DNA of 64,000 nt from Vulcanimicrobiota bacterium (lineage in GTDB: Bacteria > Vulcanimicrobiota > Vulcanimicrobiia > Vulcanimicrobiales > Vulcanimicrobiaceae). Below are positions 62,255 through 64,000 of the stretch, piece by piece. The stretch lies in contig CAVZQC010000002.1 in assembly GCA_963777315.1 (NCBI GenBank), positions 64,001-128,000 of the forward strand, in the 5' to 3' direction. The translations under genes were made by a program, and so were the position numbers. Below the pieces are notes generated by a model. The model had not been told where the DNA came from. It saw only the letters and a program-made list of their open reading frames with translations, and made no database searches. Position 1 is the first letter of the stretch, and every line of letters starts with the position of its first letter.

Positions 62255-62789
62255 TTAACTACGGGCGCGGCTCCTGCGCTCGCATACTTCGCAAAAGTGC
62301 GGCATCTTGTTGTCGGTCTCGAAGATCGAATTCGAATAATACATCGCGCAGCGCGCGTTGTAGCAATGTTTGAGCCCGATGGCGTGGCCCAGATCGTGAA
62401 CGCACTCCTTGAGCGTGCGCTGAAACAGCTGATTGGGATCGGCGGCCTCGCCGTAGAATTCGCCGCGCAAGCGGTGCAGCGAAACGACTGCTATGCGCCG
62501 CTGCTCGTCCGCATCGCCGAAAATGTACCGGTGGGACGTCTTGTACAGGTCGAAATCGGTGATCGCGAGCAGCAGTCCGTCGCCGTCGGGGTATTCGCGC
62601 ATCACTCTGCCGGTCAGCGTCGAAACGAACAACTGCGCGCGCGTACCGTTCAGCGCGCTCTTCGGAACCGGGACGCTGCGCTGAACGGACACCGAATACA
62701 GGAACCGCTCTTCCAGACAGAGCCCCAAGCGTGCCAGGAACGCCGGGTCGATCGCATTGATCGGTACGATCCGCAGACTGCGTGTCCAT
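62255..62789 (-). CDS. Archaemetzincin-family Zn metalloprotease (M54); +1 insertion at 62775-62779
   Basis: ECVHDLGHAIGLKHC...CAM...FCEVC; corrected N-terminus MDTQLRIVPI. Confidence 0.85.
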
Positions 62790-62831
62790 CCTGGGGCGGT
62801 GTCTTTCGACGCGGACGCGAACGAGCCCCGC

Positions 62832-63197
62832 ATGATTCTCGGCATCGGCGTGGACCTGGCCGAAGTCGCGCGCTACCGCTTCGATCCGGCACAGCTCGCG
62901 TGGTTCGCGCGCAGAGTGTACACGGACTACGAGTTCGCGTATGCGGCGCGCAAGCGAAACCGCGCGGAGCGTCTGGCGGGATTCTTTGCCGCAAAAGAGG
63001 CGGCCCGCAAAGCGTTCGGCCATGCAATACCGTGGCGCGAAATCGGCGTATGGCACGAACGCAGCGGCAAACCCGTCATTCGACTGTACGGCAACGCCGC
63101 CGGACTGCTCGCGGCGCGCGCGATCGCGCGCATCCACTTAACGATAACGCATACCGAGTCGACCGCAGCCGCCGTTGTGGTTTTGGAAAGCGACTGA
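62832..63197 (+). CDS. acpS: Holo-ACP synthase
   Basis: MILGIGVDL, FAAKEAARKA, GKP, TITHT. Confidence 0.95.
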   Translation: MILGIGVDLAEVARYRFDPAQLAWFARRVYTDYEFAYAARKRNRAERLAGFFAAKEAARKAFGHAIPWREIGVWHERSGKPVIRLYGNAAGLLAARAIARIHLTITHTESTAAAVVVLESD

Positions 63198-64000
63198 TGT
63201 ACGTGCTCTCCCCGCAGCGCATGCGCGAGGCCGATGCGCAGGCGTGCGAACGCGTCGGGGACGTGGCGCTCATGCGCGCGGCGGGTGAAAGAATAGCCGA
63301 CGCGGCCAAGCGATACGCCAAGAATTCGCGCATCGTCGCCTTTGCCGGAAGAGGAAACAATGGCGGCGACGCGTTTGCGGCGCTCGCCATGCTGCCCACG
63401 TTCGAGCGCACGATCCATGCCCAGCCGGCGCAAGCGCCTTCGGCCGCTCGCCGCGATGCCGAGCAGCGCGCACGCGAGGCGGGCGTCACCGTCGCCCCTT
63501 TCCCCGATTCGGAATCGGCGGCCGCAGCCGCACTGCGCGAATGCGGGCTGGTCATTGTCGGATTGGTGGGAACCGGAGCGCGTTTGCCGTTGCGAGACGC
63601 CTACGCGCCCATCGTTGCCGCGATAAGCCGATCCGGTTTGCCGGTTCTTGCCATCGACATTCCACCGGGCGTGGACGCCTTGCGCGGCGTCGTGGTAGAG
63701 CCCGCAGTACGCGCCACGGTTACCGTGACGCTCGCAGCGCTCAAGCCCGGACTATTGCTGTCGCCCGCGCGCTCGCACGTCGGTGAATTGTGGCTGGCGG
63801 ACATCGGCATGCCTGCCGGCATTTTAGCCGCGCAGCCGCGAGAATTTGCAGCGCTCGACGACGACGCTTTCGCGCGGCTGCTTCCGCAGCGGGAAACCGG
63901 ATCGGATAAGCGCAGCGCGGGCGCGCCGCTGATCGTTGCCGGATCCGAACAGTTTCCCGGAGCAGCAGTGCTCAGTGCGATGGGCGCAGCTCGAGCCGGC
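63197..64000 (+). CDS. nnr: Bifunctional NAD(P)H-hydrate epimerase/dehydratase (partial, runs off the right edge)
   Basis: Absent from the ORF track. MYVLSPQRMREADA...LMRAAG...GRGNNGGD...AIDIPPG...K..AGS..FPGAA; start overlaps the acpS stop. Confidence 0.92.
   Translation, partial: MYVLSPQRMREADAQACERVGDVALMRAAGERIADAAKRYAKNSRIVAFAGRGNNGGDAFAALAMLPTFERTIHAQPAQAPSAARRDAEQRAREAGVTVAPFPDSESAAAAALRECGLVIVGLVGTGARLPLRDAYAPIVAAISRSGLPVLAIDIPPGVDALRGVVVEPAVRATVTVTLAALKPGLLLSPARSHVGELWLADIGMPAGILAAQPREFAALDDDAFARLLPQRETGSDKRSAGAPLIVAGSEQFPGAAVLSAMGAARAG

Overview
GC-rich bacterial chromosomal window. The gene repertoire suggests Candidatus Eremiobacterota/Vulcanimicrobiota (inference only). From left to right: (1) 1-11 kb: two divergent SARP/BTAD-AAA-TPR regulators, a secreted tandem-domain protein running off the left edge, a two-cupredoxin lipoprotein, a SnoaL-like protein and a serine hydrolase. 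(2) 11-19 kb: RsbW-like protein, S41 protease, phosphoesterase, GNAT and the glyoxylate shunt (aceA-aceB). (3) 19-43 kb: a ~24 kb apparent peptide-utilisation locus with DacB, a DUF1611/DgcN-like protein, an XRE-cupin regulator, a Cys-rich TonB-dependent receptor, an S9 peptidase, five beta-lactamase-family serine hydrolases, an amidinotransferase-family enzyme, a peptide-binding protein, an APC permease, an enolase-superfamily epimerase and an MlrC/M81 peptidase. Its promoter regions share a CGAAAT-core motif. (4) 43-56 kb: accessory genes, including a third BTAD regulator with DUF1326-DUF2182-FAD oxidase, next to tRNA-Glu and a CAT-anticodon tRNA. (5) 56-64 kb: eno, ndk, birA, a possibly split chemoreceptor, archaemetzincin, acpS and nnr. 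Two patterns cut across the window. Each BTAD regulator sits beside a promoter with 11-bp-period direct repeats about 9 nt upstream of a -10 box. Seven +1 frameshifts and one catalytic-residue substitution all fall at AGCT sites, which most likely reflects host AGCT methylation causing base-calling errors rather than real pseudogenes. No CRISPR array, rRNA, integrase or transposase was seen.
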